Shown in pieces: positions 10,753 through 23,695 of a DNA stretch of 64,000 nt; positions within the stretch are counted from its first letter, which is position 1, and the number at the start of each line of letters is the position of its first letter. Below the pieces are notes generated by a model. The model did no database searches, was not told the DNA's origin, and saw only the letters and a program-made list of their open reading frames with translations. The position numbers were made by a program, and so were the translations under genes. This stretch comes from Octopus sinensis. Its lineage: Eukaryota. The stretch is from assembly GCF_006345805.1 (NCBI RefSeq), contig NC_043000.1, forward strand, positions 51,770,001 to 51,834,000, written 5' to 3'.

Positions 10753-11829
10753 TGCCATACACTTATTTCCAAAGGGAAAATATTACTGTTTCAGCTAATA
10801 TGGTAATAGAGAACCAAACGTTCAGCAAATCCTATCCTGGTTCTGGTGCTATATTGTTTCAGGAGCCAAGAAATAACATTCAAGCAATCTAATCCATCTT
10901 AGTATAAATAGATTAACAATTCAGTGTAAACAATGGCTGCATGGTAAAATTAATGAGTCTTTTATTAACTCGCTGTCCTATGATTCATTACCTTTTGGAT
11001 GTAACTCAGATAAACTATATAAAGGTAAAATATGCATTCAGTGATGCCTCTGTGATTCAGTGTAATATGAAACTCCCCATCATTGCTTTTTTAGCTCCAG
11101 GTCATCGGTTCTAATCAAAGGCTTTCTAACTATGATCATTCTTCTTATTCAGTGTGTCCTTCATTTCTTTTGTGAGATGGTAGTGTGTGGTTTGAGAGTT
11201 GTTTTGCTGCTGTTTCTAACTGGTTAAGTAACCACATAGAAGTGCCTTCATTGGTTTGTTACACTGTGTAACAAAATCTTTCTTTTTTGTCTTTGTTTGT
11301 TGTCAGTACGTGTTATTTCTTATTTACTTCTATCTAGAAATCAAAGGAAATGACTACTATTCCCTTCACACTTTGCTTTTGTGACCTGGACATCAATGTT
11401 TTGAAACTCACCTGTTTTCTATTACATTTCAGACAGATTCAGCACTGAGTTGTTGAAGCTGAAATATTCTTATAGCAAATATTCTGCTCAATTTGCTTAT
11501 CAATTGCTTGACCTTAACCAATTGAGCATGGTCTCTTTGTGGCTGACAATAAGTGCATCTCTGATCATGAGCTGGAATAGTGAGGGAGCATCATAGCCAT
11601 GTGTTGAGAGGGACTTTTTGGAGTTTGACCAAATGTAACAAAAACAAAGTTTGAAAGAAATATTAGCCATTTTTCATATTTTCTAGGGGTAAGCAAATAG
11701 GAAATAACAGTCGCTACCCATGGACAAAAACTAATGTTACACAGTGTTCTCAACCTGGTGAATCTTGGTGTAAGATAATATCTGACTATCTGCTAAAAAA
11801 AAGTACAATTTTAATACATCTGAATTCAA

Positions 11830-12234
11830 TAGGTACAGGAGTGGCTGTGTGGTAAGTAGCTTGCTTACCAACCACATGGTTCCAGGTTCAGTTCCACTGC
11901 GTGGCACCTCGGGCGAGTGTCTTCTGCTATAGCCCCGGGCCGACCAAAGCCTTGTGAGTGGATTTGGTAGACGGAAACTGAAAGTAGCCCGTCGTATATA
12001 TGTATATATATATGTGTGCATGTATGTTTGTGTGTCTCTGTTTGTCCCCCTAGCATTGCTTGACAACCGATGGTGTGTTTATGTCCCTGTCACTTGGCGG
12101 TTCGGCAAAAGAGACTGATAGAATAAGTACTGGGCTTACAAAGAATAAGTCCCGGGGTCAAGTTGCTCGATTAAAGGCGGTGCTCCAGCATGGCCGTAGT
12201 CAAATGACTGAAACAAGTAAAAGAGTAAAAGAGT
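11830..12234 (+). mobile_element. SINE family B, full length (tRNA head, CORE-like box, internal TA/TG microsatellite)
   Basis: gtggctgtgtggtaagtagc (A-box-like), ggttcagttcc (B-box-like), cctcgggcgagtgtc (CORE-like ccttgggcaagt), tail aatgactgaaacaagtaaaagagt. Confidence 0.85.
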
Positions 12235-13986
12235 GTAATCTCAAATCAGATCGCTCTGCAATATCCATTCATGTTCATTGTTCCATACTAAAACAAGAAT
12301 GGCAGATTTACAAATTGCGACATGGTATTTAGTGCTGTTGTTGTATGTCTTTCATTTTAAGAATGCTGACCTACTTGATGAAAGATCACTTGTTTGTACC
12401 CCTTCATTTATGCTGTAGATAGACATAAGATCTTACTCTTGCCTGGGTAAATCCTCTTAGCTGTAAATGAGTATTAAGTTGTGATGTAGCATACTGCTCT
12501 AGATTAGTAATTCCATTGAAGCCTTGAACTGTCATGATCCCTCTCTTTAGGGAATATATTTTCTGAAATAAATATCAGAGCATTAGATTTAATATTGTGC
12601 TACAAATATATAATCAGGAAACATTTGCTTTAAAATGTGCACATAAATGGTGACCTTCACAAAGTTTAAAATACCTTAAAGAGAATGAGTGATATAATAT
12701 TAATGTCGATCAAATATAACACCATGAAAGTATAGACATAATTACACATATATGCATACACACATGCATGCATTCATCCACACACACATCCACACACACA
12801 CACACTCACATCCATACACTCACACACACATATAGGAACACTCACACATACAGACACTCACACACATACAGACACTCACAAACATACAGACACTCATCCA
12901 CACACACATACAGACACTCACACTCGCATATGGAGATAGATAGATGTAGATACATATATATACATACACAATGTATATGTTTGTGTGTGTGTGTGTATAG
13001 ATGTATATGCACTGAATGTAGCTAATGTTATTTGAGAGGTCTCCAACTTCAACCACAGTAAGACGAATAACTTAAGTTTTCTTTTGACGAAGTGCAAGAT
13101 TTGATGTAAGCTGCAATTTGACAAGTTGCTTCTGAATAATAGCTATGTTCCATTAATAGATGTAAATATTGCTTATTGTAAGTTACTCACCAGCCATCTC
13201 ATTTAATCCTAACATATATTGACAGGGGAAATGGATTAAGCTGACCAAGTTAAGCATATTGTTAGCTTTGTTTCTATATGATATGTGAGATTGGCTTTAG
13301 CATAAGTAGTTACTTAAGGATTCTTGAACTACTTTTCACCAGGAATCATTATTTGCACTTAGACATTTTCATTGCATTTTCTCAGAAGGTTTTTTTAAAC
13401 AGATTTGTTACACACACGCACGCACACACACACACACACAGCACCAAATTTAATGTGATAGTTTGCTACACTGACTTTGTCTATTGTATTTGTTGATTTT
13501 AATCTCCGTGAATCAAAGTATGATATAGATATTATTTATGTATATAAGACTTTGATCTTAATATAACAATTACCGAATGAATTTCCAAAGCTGAAAAAAA
13601 AAAAATAAATAAAATAAAATAAAATAAAAGAACAAATTTTCTGAGTTTACTACAGCACAAAATATACCCAAACCTTATGATTTTTACAAATATATTTCTA
13701 ACCAATAATATATTTCTTGTGATATTCTGCTTTTTATTATTCATTCTGCAAAAAATTTTTTTCCCTCTTGTTTTCTTCTAAGTAACTTTTTTTTTTTTTT
13801 AAATCAATATTTCATGTGAAACATCTATAATACTTTGAATTCTACATTATACTGTCATCATATCAAACAACTGTCAAATAATAGATTTTATTTATTTCAT
13901 AGTTTTCCTGTGCAGCTTTATATTATAGAGTCTGTATATTTTGAAGTCTTTAATATAGCATGGTATTTCTAGTTTTCATTGGAAGT

Positions 13987-14036
<50 letters not shown>

Positions 14037-14471
14037 CGAAATTTTAAAAGACCCAATCTCTTGTTTCTTTGCATCGCTTTCTTGCTACATATAGAGACAT
14101 TATCCCATGATCACATGTTTGTTACAAATTTATTTGGTTCCAACTTTAGCTGCATATAATGCTGTCAACATTTATTTTTCTTTAGATAGATTCTTTTGGT
14201 ATTGCTCATCATTTCTTTAGTATGAAATTTTATCAGATAATTTGCTTGTTAGACAGGAAAATATTTTGGCATAGCACTAATTTCCATGTCATTAAAAGGG
14301 AAATGATGTTTCTTTCACTGTTAATTCACATAAGTTACTTTTGTTTGAGCAGGTCTGTCTCACAGAGATTACTTATTGATCAGAAATGTTAGTTTTGGCC
14401 ATCTTACAATGATTGTGGAACATTTTGTCCAAGATTTTCAACTTAAATATGAAATATGTATTTTGAACATA

Positions 14472-14730
14472 CAGTCATAGCCAAAAGTTTGGAACATTTT
14501 TAAAAAAATGAAAATTTTTATGCCTGAGTACAATTCAATTTAAATATATACAACATAGTTATACTTACCTAATAACTGATCCAATGGTTCAATTCTAATT
14601 TTCAGACCTATGTTCCAAACTTTTCGCCAAATAATAATATATTTCAAATTGCAAATTAAATATAACTAGGGCATTTAATATCAAAATTTCTCATTTCCAG
14701 ACTTTTGTTCCAAACTTTTGGTCATGACTG
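14472..14730. mobile_element. Tc1-type MITE with 25-bp TIRs and TA TSD
   Basis: TA|cagtcatagccaaaagtttggaaca (14472-14496) ... tgttccaaacttttggtcatgactg|TA (14706-14730); 23/25 match. Confidence 0.9.
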
Positions 14731-16968
14731 TACTATGTAGCTCGTTGAGGAAAATTCAAGCCTCCCAAGATACAACAAAATATGTTCAAATCCTTTTGTT
14801 ATATTGCGTTTTTATCCTAATGCTAGTATACTTACATGTCTATAGAACAGCATTCTTTCATACATCTTAATATAGTGTCAACTTGGTCATAAAACTTATT
14901 TCATCCCTTGTTGTCTAGTTTGTTCTATAAATGTGTAGCTACTTCCTCATTCTATGGCAATTCTTTGATTTTTATCATAAATATTTTATAATTTCAAGCT
15001 ATAACAGCTTCTGATGGTGACTGATCAGTACTAGGTTTATGACAATGCATTTCCATGTGTTACTCAGGGATATCACTATCACTTTTCCAACCAGCATTGC
15101 CACCCTCCACTTTCTTATCATGCTTATAATCATTGCATTATGGTTGTTGCATAAAAAGCAAGGGAAACTGATAAATGAAAATCAAGTTATTTAATCTCTA
15201 TAGTAATTATTGATTGTCTTTTATCTTCAAGTAACTGCAATAAATAAACAGATTTTGTTTTTAGACTAGTTGTTATTGTTTTGCATTTTATTACATTCTC
15301 ATTCAGCCTGGGATTCAGTTTTTACATATTCCATTGTGATTTCCAGTTCCTAGGATTAGATAGAAATAATGTGAATGAAATATTCATATAGAAACAAATA
15401 TTCATAGAAGAAACAAGTAAAACAATGACAACTACAAAAGCAAGCTGCTACTAGAGAGAGAAAGAGAGAGAGAAAAAAAGCTACCTTTATTTTCTTTTTA
15501 TTTTGTATTTATCCATGAATTTTTCAGTTTAGATGTTGTTAAGATGTTAGCTTTGTACAATATCAAATGAAATGAAGTAGATATCTTCAAAAAGCAACTG
15601 TGGATGATTACAAGGATTTTTGTAGTTACTGACTGATAACTAAACTAGTTTTAATTTTACCTTATATATTTTATTTTGTTTTTCGCTTTTGTTAAAATTG
15701 TCTTTTAAATGGAAAGCAAAGGAATATCAAGATGTCTGCAAATAAAAGATGTTTTAATACTTCAAATAGTTGCTGTTACTTCATACATTACTAATATTAA
15801 AACCTTAGAAAGAAGAGGGGGGGAAAAAAATCTCTAACAATCTTATGAATTTTATTTGTGATTTTAAGTGTTGATAACATTTTGTTTTTGTTTGATTATT
15901 GAAACTTCTTTTAGATGGAATAAAAGAGTTGAGAGAAAAAAAATAGCAAACGAAATAGATAAAAGTAGATGTAATATCAATGCTGTGTGGTTAAAGTGCT
16001 GGTTATACTGACTCAGATGTTTTGAAATGTCATTGAATGAGCCCATGGGTATTTTCACCTCAGTTGAAAAATACGATCATTCATGGTTGGATGACGTTAG
16101 AGAGGTTATCCAATTGTGAAATGTTTGCTTTTGTCAATTTGTGAATATGTGCATTCATGTGGATTTTCAAACAATCCAACCAATTGGAAAGTAATTTAAA
16201 TTATTGGAAAATTGACATAAAGAGGTGAAAGAATAGAACATAATAATTCAGTAATTCTAGTAATTGGTAACTGGAATAATATATTTATATAGTTTATTGG
16301 ATGAGGTTTGATGGATGGTACAATCAGTAGAACATTGATTGAAATGCCGTTGCAATGTTTAGTTATGTCCCTTTAATTTTCTGGGCTCAAATCCCACAAG
16401 AGACTGGTTTTGTTTTTCACCGATTAAGTACTGAGGTTAAGATGAAAAAAATTTCCTCTTCACCACCACCAAATAGAAAAAAAAAAGAAACGATAAAACA
16501 AAGTTAATAACGAAAATAGCCTTGTTTTGTGTCAGTTTTAGAAATCAATATAATATATTGGTTGTATAGGTACATTATTGATCTCAGGATTTGAATCCTT
16601 TTAGAATTAGAAAGTATTACATTGGATCATTAAAGTTTGCATATTGATTTCTCACTATAAGGCACAAATTCATAGGGAAAGGGTAGTTGATTAAATCAAC
16701 TCCAGTTCATGTCTGATGTTATATTGCCAACTTCAGAAAGATAAAAAGGCAGCATAAAACCTGGCAGGATTTGAACCCAGAAACATAAATGTACATTCTA
16801 CCATTTCTTTTGTGTCAATGTCCTTCTTTAAAATAACATTGTTAGCATCAGCCTACATTGTTTAAAAATAGAAAAAAATGTCATATCTGATCTTTAAGAA
16901 TAACAATATTAGAAGAATTAGCATCTTGCATACCACATTTACCAAAATCATTGAAAGAAGTTTTCTAG

Positions 16969-17133
16969 TAGGCACAGGAGTGGCTGTGTGGTAAGTAGCT
17001 TGCTAACCAACCACATGGTTCCGGGTTCAGTCCCACTGCGTGGCATCTTGGGCTAGTGTCTTCTGCTATAGCCCTGGGCTGACCAATGCCTTGTGAGTGG
17101 ATTTGGTAGACGGAAACTGAAAGAAGCCTGTCG

Positions 17134-17166
<33 letters not shown>

Positions 17167-17359
17167 TTGTGTGTCTGTGTTTGTCCCCTTTGACAACCGA
17201 TGCTGGTGTGTTTATGTCCCCGTCACTTAGCGGTTCGGCAAAAGTGACCGATAGAATAAGTACTGGGCTTACAAAGAATAAGTCCCAGGGTCGATTTGCT
17301 CGACTAAAGGCGGTGCTCCAACATGGCCGCAGTCAAATGACTGAAACAAGTAAAGAGTA
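16969..17359 (+). mobile_element. SINE family B, full length
   Basis: Near-identical to 11830-12234 over the whole length. Confidence 0.9.
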
Positions 17360-17972
17360 GTACAACTTCCTCCAAGCCAGCTTAGAACATTGTTATGCAT
17401 TAATTCATCTCACCGAAATCATCATATTAATAGTGTTAATACCCATTTTTTTTTCTTTGTTGTATACATTAGATGTGTCACACTAGCTTCAATAATTGTT
17501 GTATTATGTGTAATTGAAACAAAGATTTTGTGGCTTTAACACCTACTACCTTGCTTTGAAGACTGCTTTGAGAGGTAGAACTGAAACACATGAAAGTGTT
17601 AGTTTGTGTTTTGTTGATGGTTGGTGTCTAACACATATATATTATTAGTCATATATATTATTAGTTAGCTTCTTTTATGTTGCTCTTTGAGTATAGCAAA
17701 AAAATATAAAAGTAAAATTATTATGTATTGTTTTTTGGCTAATGTAGTTTCTCTTGTGTCAATTCAGTGTAAATTTCTTGGTGTAATATTGAGCTTATAT
17801 TTAACAGGCATCTTTTGGATTGGGCAGCTACCTATGTATGAGTGAAATATGGATATGTTTAGTGTCATTTCATTCAAAATACTGTTTATCTTATATTGCA
17901 GTTGAGTAGGACAAGCTCAGATATCTCCTTTGAAAATGTTAATTTCTATGAGAGACAAATCAAAGAAATTTA

Positions 17973-18253
17973 TGGCCGATGCCAGTGCTGCCTTGACTGG
18001 CTTCTGTGCCGGTGGCATGTAAAAAGCACCAACCGATCGTGGCCACTGCCAGCCTCCCCTGGCACCTGTGCCATTGGCACGTAAAAAGCACCCACTACAC
18101 TCACAGAGTGGTTGGCGTTAGGAAGGACATCCAGCTGTAGAAACACTGCCAGATCAGACTGGAGCCTGGTGCAGCCTCCTGGCTTCCCAGACCCTGGTCA
18201 AACAGTCCAACCCATGCTAGCACGGAAAATGGACGTTAAAAGATAATGATGAT
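17973..18253 (+). mobile_element. Family C retroposon, 5'-truncated
   Basis: ggtggcatgtaaaaagcacc subunits, gttaggaaggacatccagctgtagaaac, and a ggacgttaaa...gatgat tail. Confidence 0.85.
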
Positions 18254-18274
18254 ATACATATATATACATACACA

Positions 18275-18497
18275 TAGGGTGTGGCAGAAGTAACTTCCTT
18301 CTTGTATTTGAGATTTCTAGTTTCTACTTGAATTTCTTTTTTATTTCCTAAAATTTCTGCAATTTTTTTCATTAGTTTATTATTCATTTTTTTAAGTAAT
18401 GCAATAAATTTGTGTTCAACAAAAAATTACTTAATAAACATTTATATGCTATAAAATTTATTTAATGCAAAAAGGGCGTTACTTCTGCTACACCCTG
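18275..18497. mobile_element. Tc1/mariner-type MITE, 20-bp TIRs
   Basis: tagggtgtggcagaagtaac (18275-18294) ... gttacttctgctacaccctg|TA (18478-18497); 18/20 match; left TSD reads CA. Confidence 0.75.
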
Positions 18498-18499
18498 TA

Positions 18500-18576
18500 T
18501 ATATGTATTTATATATATGTATATATCTATATCTATCTATCTATCTGTCATCTATCTATCTATCTATCTATCTATG

Positions 18577-18658
<82 letters not shown>

Positions 18659-18660
18659 AT
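18500..18660. repeat. (TATC)n + (TA)n microsatellite
   Basis: Directly visible. Confidence 0.95.
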
Positions 18661-19092
18661 ACTTTTTTTTACTTCATCAAGTCTTTGATTAATGATACAA
18701 TTTCATTGAAATTGTTGATTATGATAGTCACTAACTCTCATTTGCAATGACTTTGTATTCAGTTGTAAAAAATCTTAAAATATAATAAGCAATACAAATA
18801 CAAAGTTAATACTAAAGGTAGGTCTGAGGAGGAGATTAAGAGATTTTCAAAGAAAAGTAGTTCAAGCAAATCAGACATGAAGTTTGCAGTGATGCAAATT
18901 TTCCTAAGAGAATATGGTGTTATTTGAGGATACGTTGACTGATATTTCTAGCAATCATGTATACACTCTCTATTTGACTATCATTGCTATCATACTTGTT
19001 ATAGCAATAGCATCTGTTGTTTCATTAGCTTTAGTTTTGTATCAATGCTCACTCATGTGTGGATGGGTGCATACACTTACATATATACATGT

Positions 19093-19254
19093 ATAGGCAT
19101 AGCTGTGTGGTAAGAAGCTTGCTTCCCAACCACATGGCTCTGGGTTCAGTCCTACTGCATGTCACATTGGGCAAGTATCTTCTACTGTAGCCTCAGGTCA
19201 ACCAAAACCTTGTGAGTGGATTTGCTAGACGGAAACTGAGAGAAGCCCATTGTG

Positions 19255-19291
<37 letters not shown>

Positions 19292-19525
19292 CTATTTATG
19301 TGTGTTCTTTTGTCTGTTTATCCCCCCACCATCACTTGACAACCGATGGTGTTGTGTTTATGTCCCCCGTAACTTAGAGGTTCAGCAAAAAAGACCGATA
19401 GAATAAGTGCTATGCTTACAAAGAATAAGTCTTGAGGTTTATTCGTTTGATTAACAAGCCCTTTATGTAAGTGCTTCAGCATGGCCACAGTCAAATGACT
19501 GAAACATGTACAAGAATAAAAAGAA
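19093..19525 (+). mobile_element. SINE family B
   Basis: Head, CORE-like box, internal (TA)n and tail as in 16969-17359. Confidence 0.85.
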
Positions 19526-19562
19526 TATATATATATATATATTAAATTAGAGATAAAACTAC

Positions 19563-19883
19563 TGGTACCTTGGGCAAGTGTCTTCTACTATAGCCTTGGG
19601 CTGACCAAAGCCTTGTGAGTGGATATTGTAGACGGAAACTGAAAAGAAGCCTGTCATATATATGTATGTGAGTGTATATGTTTGTGTGTCTGTGTTTGTC
19701 CCCCAACATCGCTTGACAACTGATGCTGGTGTGTTTATGTCCCCTGTAACTTAGCGGTTCGGCAAAAGAGACCGATAGAACAAGTACTAGGCTTACAAAG
19801 AATAGGTCCTGGGGTCGATGTGATTGACTAAAGGCGGTGCTCCAGCATGGCCACAGTCACATGACTGAAACAAGTAAAAGAGA

Positions 19884-19885
<2 letters not shown>
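19563..19885 (+). mobile_element. SINE family B, 5'-truncated, in tandem with the previous copy
   Basis: Starts at ccttgggcaagtgtcttctactatagcc and ends aagtaaaagagagt. Confidence 0.85.
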
Positions 19886-19931
<46 letters not shown>

Positions 19932-20626
19932 ACACACATGCATGCGTGTATGTGTACACTTCAGTCAAAGTAGTGACAGCAGAATTCATGACACAGACTC
20001 ATTCAAGTAGAGTAGAATGTGAATTTGTAGTTGATTAATTAATTAATTAAAAAATAGTGATAAAAAGACAGTGGCTATGTTTAATAGCTAATGGTGTTAA
20101 AAGACATCAGTCTTAACTCTGGTGCAGGTGTGATGTGTCTTGGAAAGTCACATTACTTGTTTCATTAAAAAAAAAAGGTAAAACGTATTACTATTGCAGT
20201 GGTGAATAGTTGAAATAGCTTCTAGTTATAAAATAAATGTCTCAGTAAAGCATAGAAATTTGTTGCACTTAGTATTGCAGTAAAGACATGACAAAAAAAA
20301 AAAAAAAAGAACCCAGCTATGTCTCTGTGCATTTGCATAGATATGTTTGTGTATGTGTGTGTGTGTGTGTGTGTGAAATAGAGAGAGGGGGCAGGGGAAG
20401 TGTTTAGTAGCTTTTGTTAGAAAATGTTTTAGTGGAAGTATTAAATTTTCCTTAGTATGATGCTTCATTGCTTTAGAGTTAAAAACCCTCCTTAAATCTT
20501 AGCTTTGTCTTTTTACATGCTTGAGATTAATTAAGTACCAGTAGTATGTTGAGGGTTAGTTTAATTTTGTCTATAGTCTTCTATCTTTGAAAATTTACTT
20601 GGTGTAAAATCAAAAGATATATATAT

Positions 20627-21030
20627 GAAATCAAACTCGGTGACTGGCATCCGTTGCTAGTGGAGCGCTAAGAGTACCATACGAGTGAGATCATTGCCAG
20701 AGCAACAAGCTGGCCTTCGTGCTGATGGCACGTTAAGCACACCATTCGAGCGTGATCATTACCGCGTCGCCTTACTAGCACTTGTGCTGGTGGCACATGA
20801 AACATTCGAGCGAGGTCGTCGCCAGTGTCGCTGGACTGGCTCCTGTGCAGGTGGCACATAAAAAGCACCATTTGAGCATGGCCGTTGCCAGTACCACCAA
20901 TTTTGGCATTAGGAAGGGCATCCAACCGTAGAAACTCTGCCAGATCAGTTTGGAGTCTGGTTCACCAGACCTCAGTCAAATCGTCCAACCCATGCTAGCA
21001 TGGAAAGCGGACGTTAAATGATGATGATGA
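20627..21030 (+). mobile_element. Family C retroposon, near full length
   Basis: Head gaaatcaaactcggtgactggcatccg shared with 38129; repeated ggtggcac...aaaagcacca subunits; ggacgttaaatgatgatg tail. Confidence 0.85.
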
Positions 21031-21061
21031 ATTTCATCATATTGAACCATTAATCCCTACA

Positions 21062-21232
21062 CGTTTTTTTTTATCTCTCTCCATTTTGTTCCTCTTAATC
21101 CTTTCTGTTGAAGAGTGTTGGCTCGAAACATCAAAGACTTTTCCATTCTTCTCAAGCATTAAACTAATACATTTGGTTTTGTTCCTTCACCTGTCTTCAT
21201 CGTTTGTTTTCTGTAAATTTGAACTATATATA
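21062..21232 (+). mobile_element. Family D repeat with hammerhead-like motif at 21101-21136
   Basis: cttt-CTGTTGA-A-GAGTgttgGCTC-GAAAC-ATC-aaag; the remainder aligns with the reverse complement of 8101-8265. Confidence 0.65.
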
Positions 21233-21669
21233 ATATCTCAATGTGTGTGTGTGTGTGTGAACATTGCATGTATGTTTCTTAACATCAATATAGTGTAAAG
21301 GACAGCTCTGAAAAAAAAACTTACTTTCAAAACCTTTCCAGCCATGAACGTCCTCCCTCTCTTTCTCTCTACCTGCCTCCCTCCTCCCTTCTCCCTTCCT
21401 TTCTTTCCTTCTACCATATTGTTTAATTAGCCATAGATATTATCTTTTTGTAAAATGGTACAGTGTAGTTAAAAGAAACTTTGTTGCAATTTTCTAGCTG
21501 GCTAAGAAATCACATAAGGTTTCCCTTGCTGGGATTGCAACAGAAACTCATTAAAACAGAGAGCTGCATACCAAAACATCAGTCACCCTCAACATCTACT
21601 TTGTAGATATGGTTCTTATTTGCAACTTGCTGTGATGACTATCTGATATCAGTGTAATATAAGATACGT

Positions 21670-21790
21670 ATGCTAACCACTATACACTAACCGTTATACA
21701 CTAACCATTATATACTAACCACTATCACTAACCAATGTACACTAACCACTATACCCAAACCACTATATGCTAACAACTACATGCTAACTA
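21670..21790. repeat. Minisatellite, about 14-bp unit (ctaaccactataca), about 8 copies
   Basis: Directly visible degenerate tandem array. Confidence 0.85.
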
Positions 21791-22316
21791 TGTTAAATAA
21801 AAATGCTTTGCGGTATTTGTTCTGGTTTTTTTTTTTAATTCTGAGTTCAAATCCCACCAAAGTTTTTTTCTATTGCCTTCTAAAAATATAAAATAGAGGA
21901 CTCTTGCTGGGGTCAAAGTAATCTCTCTAGAGTTGGTAAAGTGCATCCAGTACATGCTGTAAGGTTGCTGATGAAAGAACTTCTCACTTCTCTACATACA
22001 TACATACACACGCACACTCAAACACACAGAAACGTACATACAAATAACACATACCTATATGTTTGTTATATCAAATCTTAACGGTCTACCCTGAGTCTTT
22101 GACTGTTCATGACAATTGTGAATAGTTCAGCCTAGGGTGTAGATTGTCGACCTTTGATACTATAAACATAGCTATCCGCTATATTCAAAATATTGAATTC
22201 TACATCAGATTGTATTTGCACTATGCAAAAATAAATTTTGATGTACTCTACAACTCTTACATGACAGTGAAAATTTGTGTGTGCACACACACATGTATGT
22301 ATTTTTAGATAGATAG

Positions 22317-22545
22317 GGCAGTGAGCTGGTAGAATCGTTAGCATTTTGGGCAAAGTACTTAGCGATATTTCGTCTGCTGTTACATTCTAAATTCAAATTC
22401 TGCCAAGGTTGACTTTGCCTTTCATCCTTTCGGGGTCGATTAAATAAGTACCAGTTACACACTGGGGTCGATGTTATCGACTTAATCCCTTTGTCTGTCC
22501 TTGTTTGTCCCCTCTGTGTGTAGCCCCTTGTGGGCAGTAAAGAAA
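22317..22545 (+). mobile_element. SINE family A, full length, followed by (ATAG)n/(ACAG)n
   Basis: ggcagtgagctggtagaatcgttagc head; gcctttcatcctttcggggtcgattaaataagtaccag core; agccccttgtgggcagtaaagaaa tail. Confidence 0.85.
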
Positions 22546-23653
22546 TAGATAGATAGATAGATAGACAGACAGACAAACAGACAAACAGAAAGACAGACAG
22601 ATAAATAGAGTTGTAATTTGAGACAGCTCTGTTTCTTCTTCAGTCAGTTCTTACTTTGCTCCTACTTTTGTTATTATTGTTGTTGCTGCTGCTGTGACTG
22701 ATTTAACAGTCATTACCATTTGAAATGTGGTGGCTGACGTTGATTGATTAGTCTGTTTCTTGCCTGTAATTGGTTTGTTTCTAAACTTTGCTTAGAAATT
22801 GTTGGTGATCATGCATGGCTGGGTGGTTGTGTGTAAGAGTAAATATTAAGCAGCATGTGAAGAATTAAGTTTCTGAGTTCATCATCAGCAGCACCTTTAA
22901 CATCATCATTGTTTTTTATCATCCCCACTTGATGTGTACCAACACATTATCAACCATTACTATCACTTTGCTTTATTTTAAAAATAACGCAAAAACAAAA
23001 ATTCATATTCAGTACTTAAAAATGAAATAGAAAACAAAAATTATGCTTAATATATATATATATATATATATATAACACCATATTTTTTTGTTGTTTTTTT
23101 TTGATATTACAAATTGGTTTTGTATTTGAAATTTTGATTTTGTATCTTTCTATCAAGTGTAGACAATTCCTGTTCAAAACATCAGAGAAGCTATAATTTA
23201 ATTTTCTAGAACACTTTACATTTCTGTCAGTTACTATTTACTCTACAGAAAGCAGTAAGGCATCTCTAATAAGGTAATTTATATATATATATATATATTA
23301 TGTTAATAAATTCTAGCATCTAATGGCAATCATTTCTGGATTAATCAGTGAGACATTTTATTGCTGAATGAATGGTGGTTAGTGGTTCATATCATGTTAA
23401 CAGTACAACCATTTGTCCATGGCCAAGGTATTTATGTTCCAGATGGTTAAGTGTAGGAAGTTGTAAAAAGAAAATACTATGGGTAGGTAATAATATTGTA
23501 ATGTACTAAAGTGTTCCATACTGTAAGCATTGTAATATACTAAAGTGTATATATTCTCTCTACTGTTGTATTCAAATTTAATCATGGATGTAACCTGTAG
23601 TAGGATTTTGTGCAGTAGGCTGACTTTTCCCACTTACATTGTATAAATCAGGG

Positions 23654-23695
23654 GCATAAAAATACTCATCAATACTTCTAATGAGTATTTTATGC
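23654..23695. repeat. Short inverted repeat (15-bp stem, one bulge, 11-nt loop)
   Basis: gcataaaaatactcat ... atgagtattttatgc. Confidence 0.8.
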
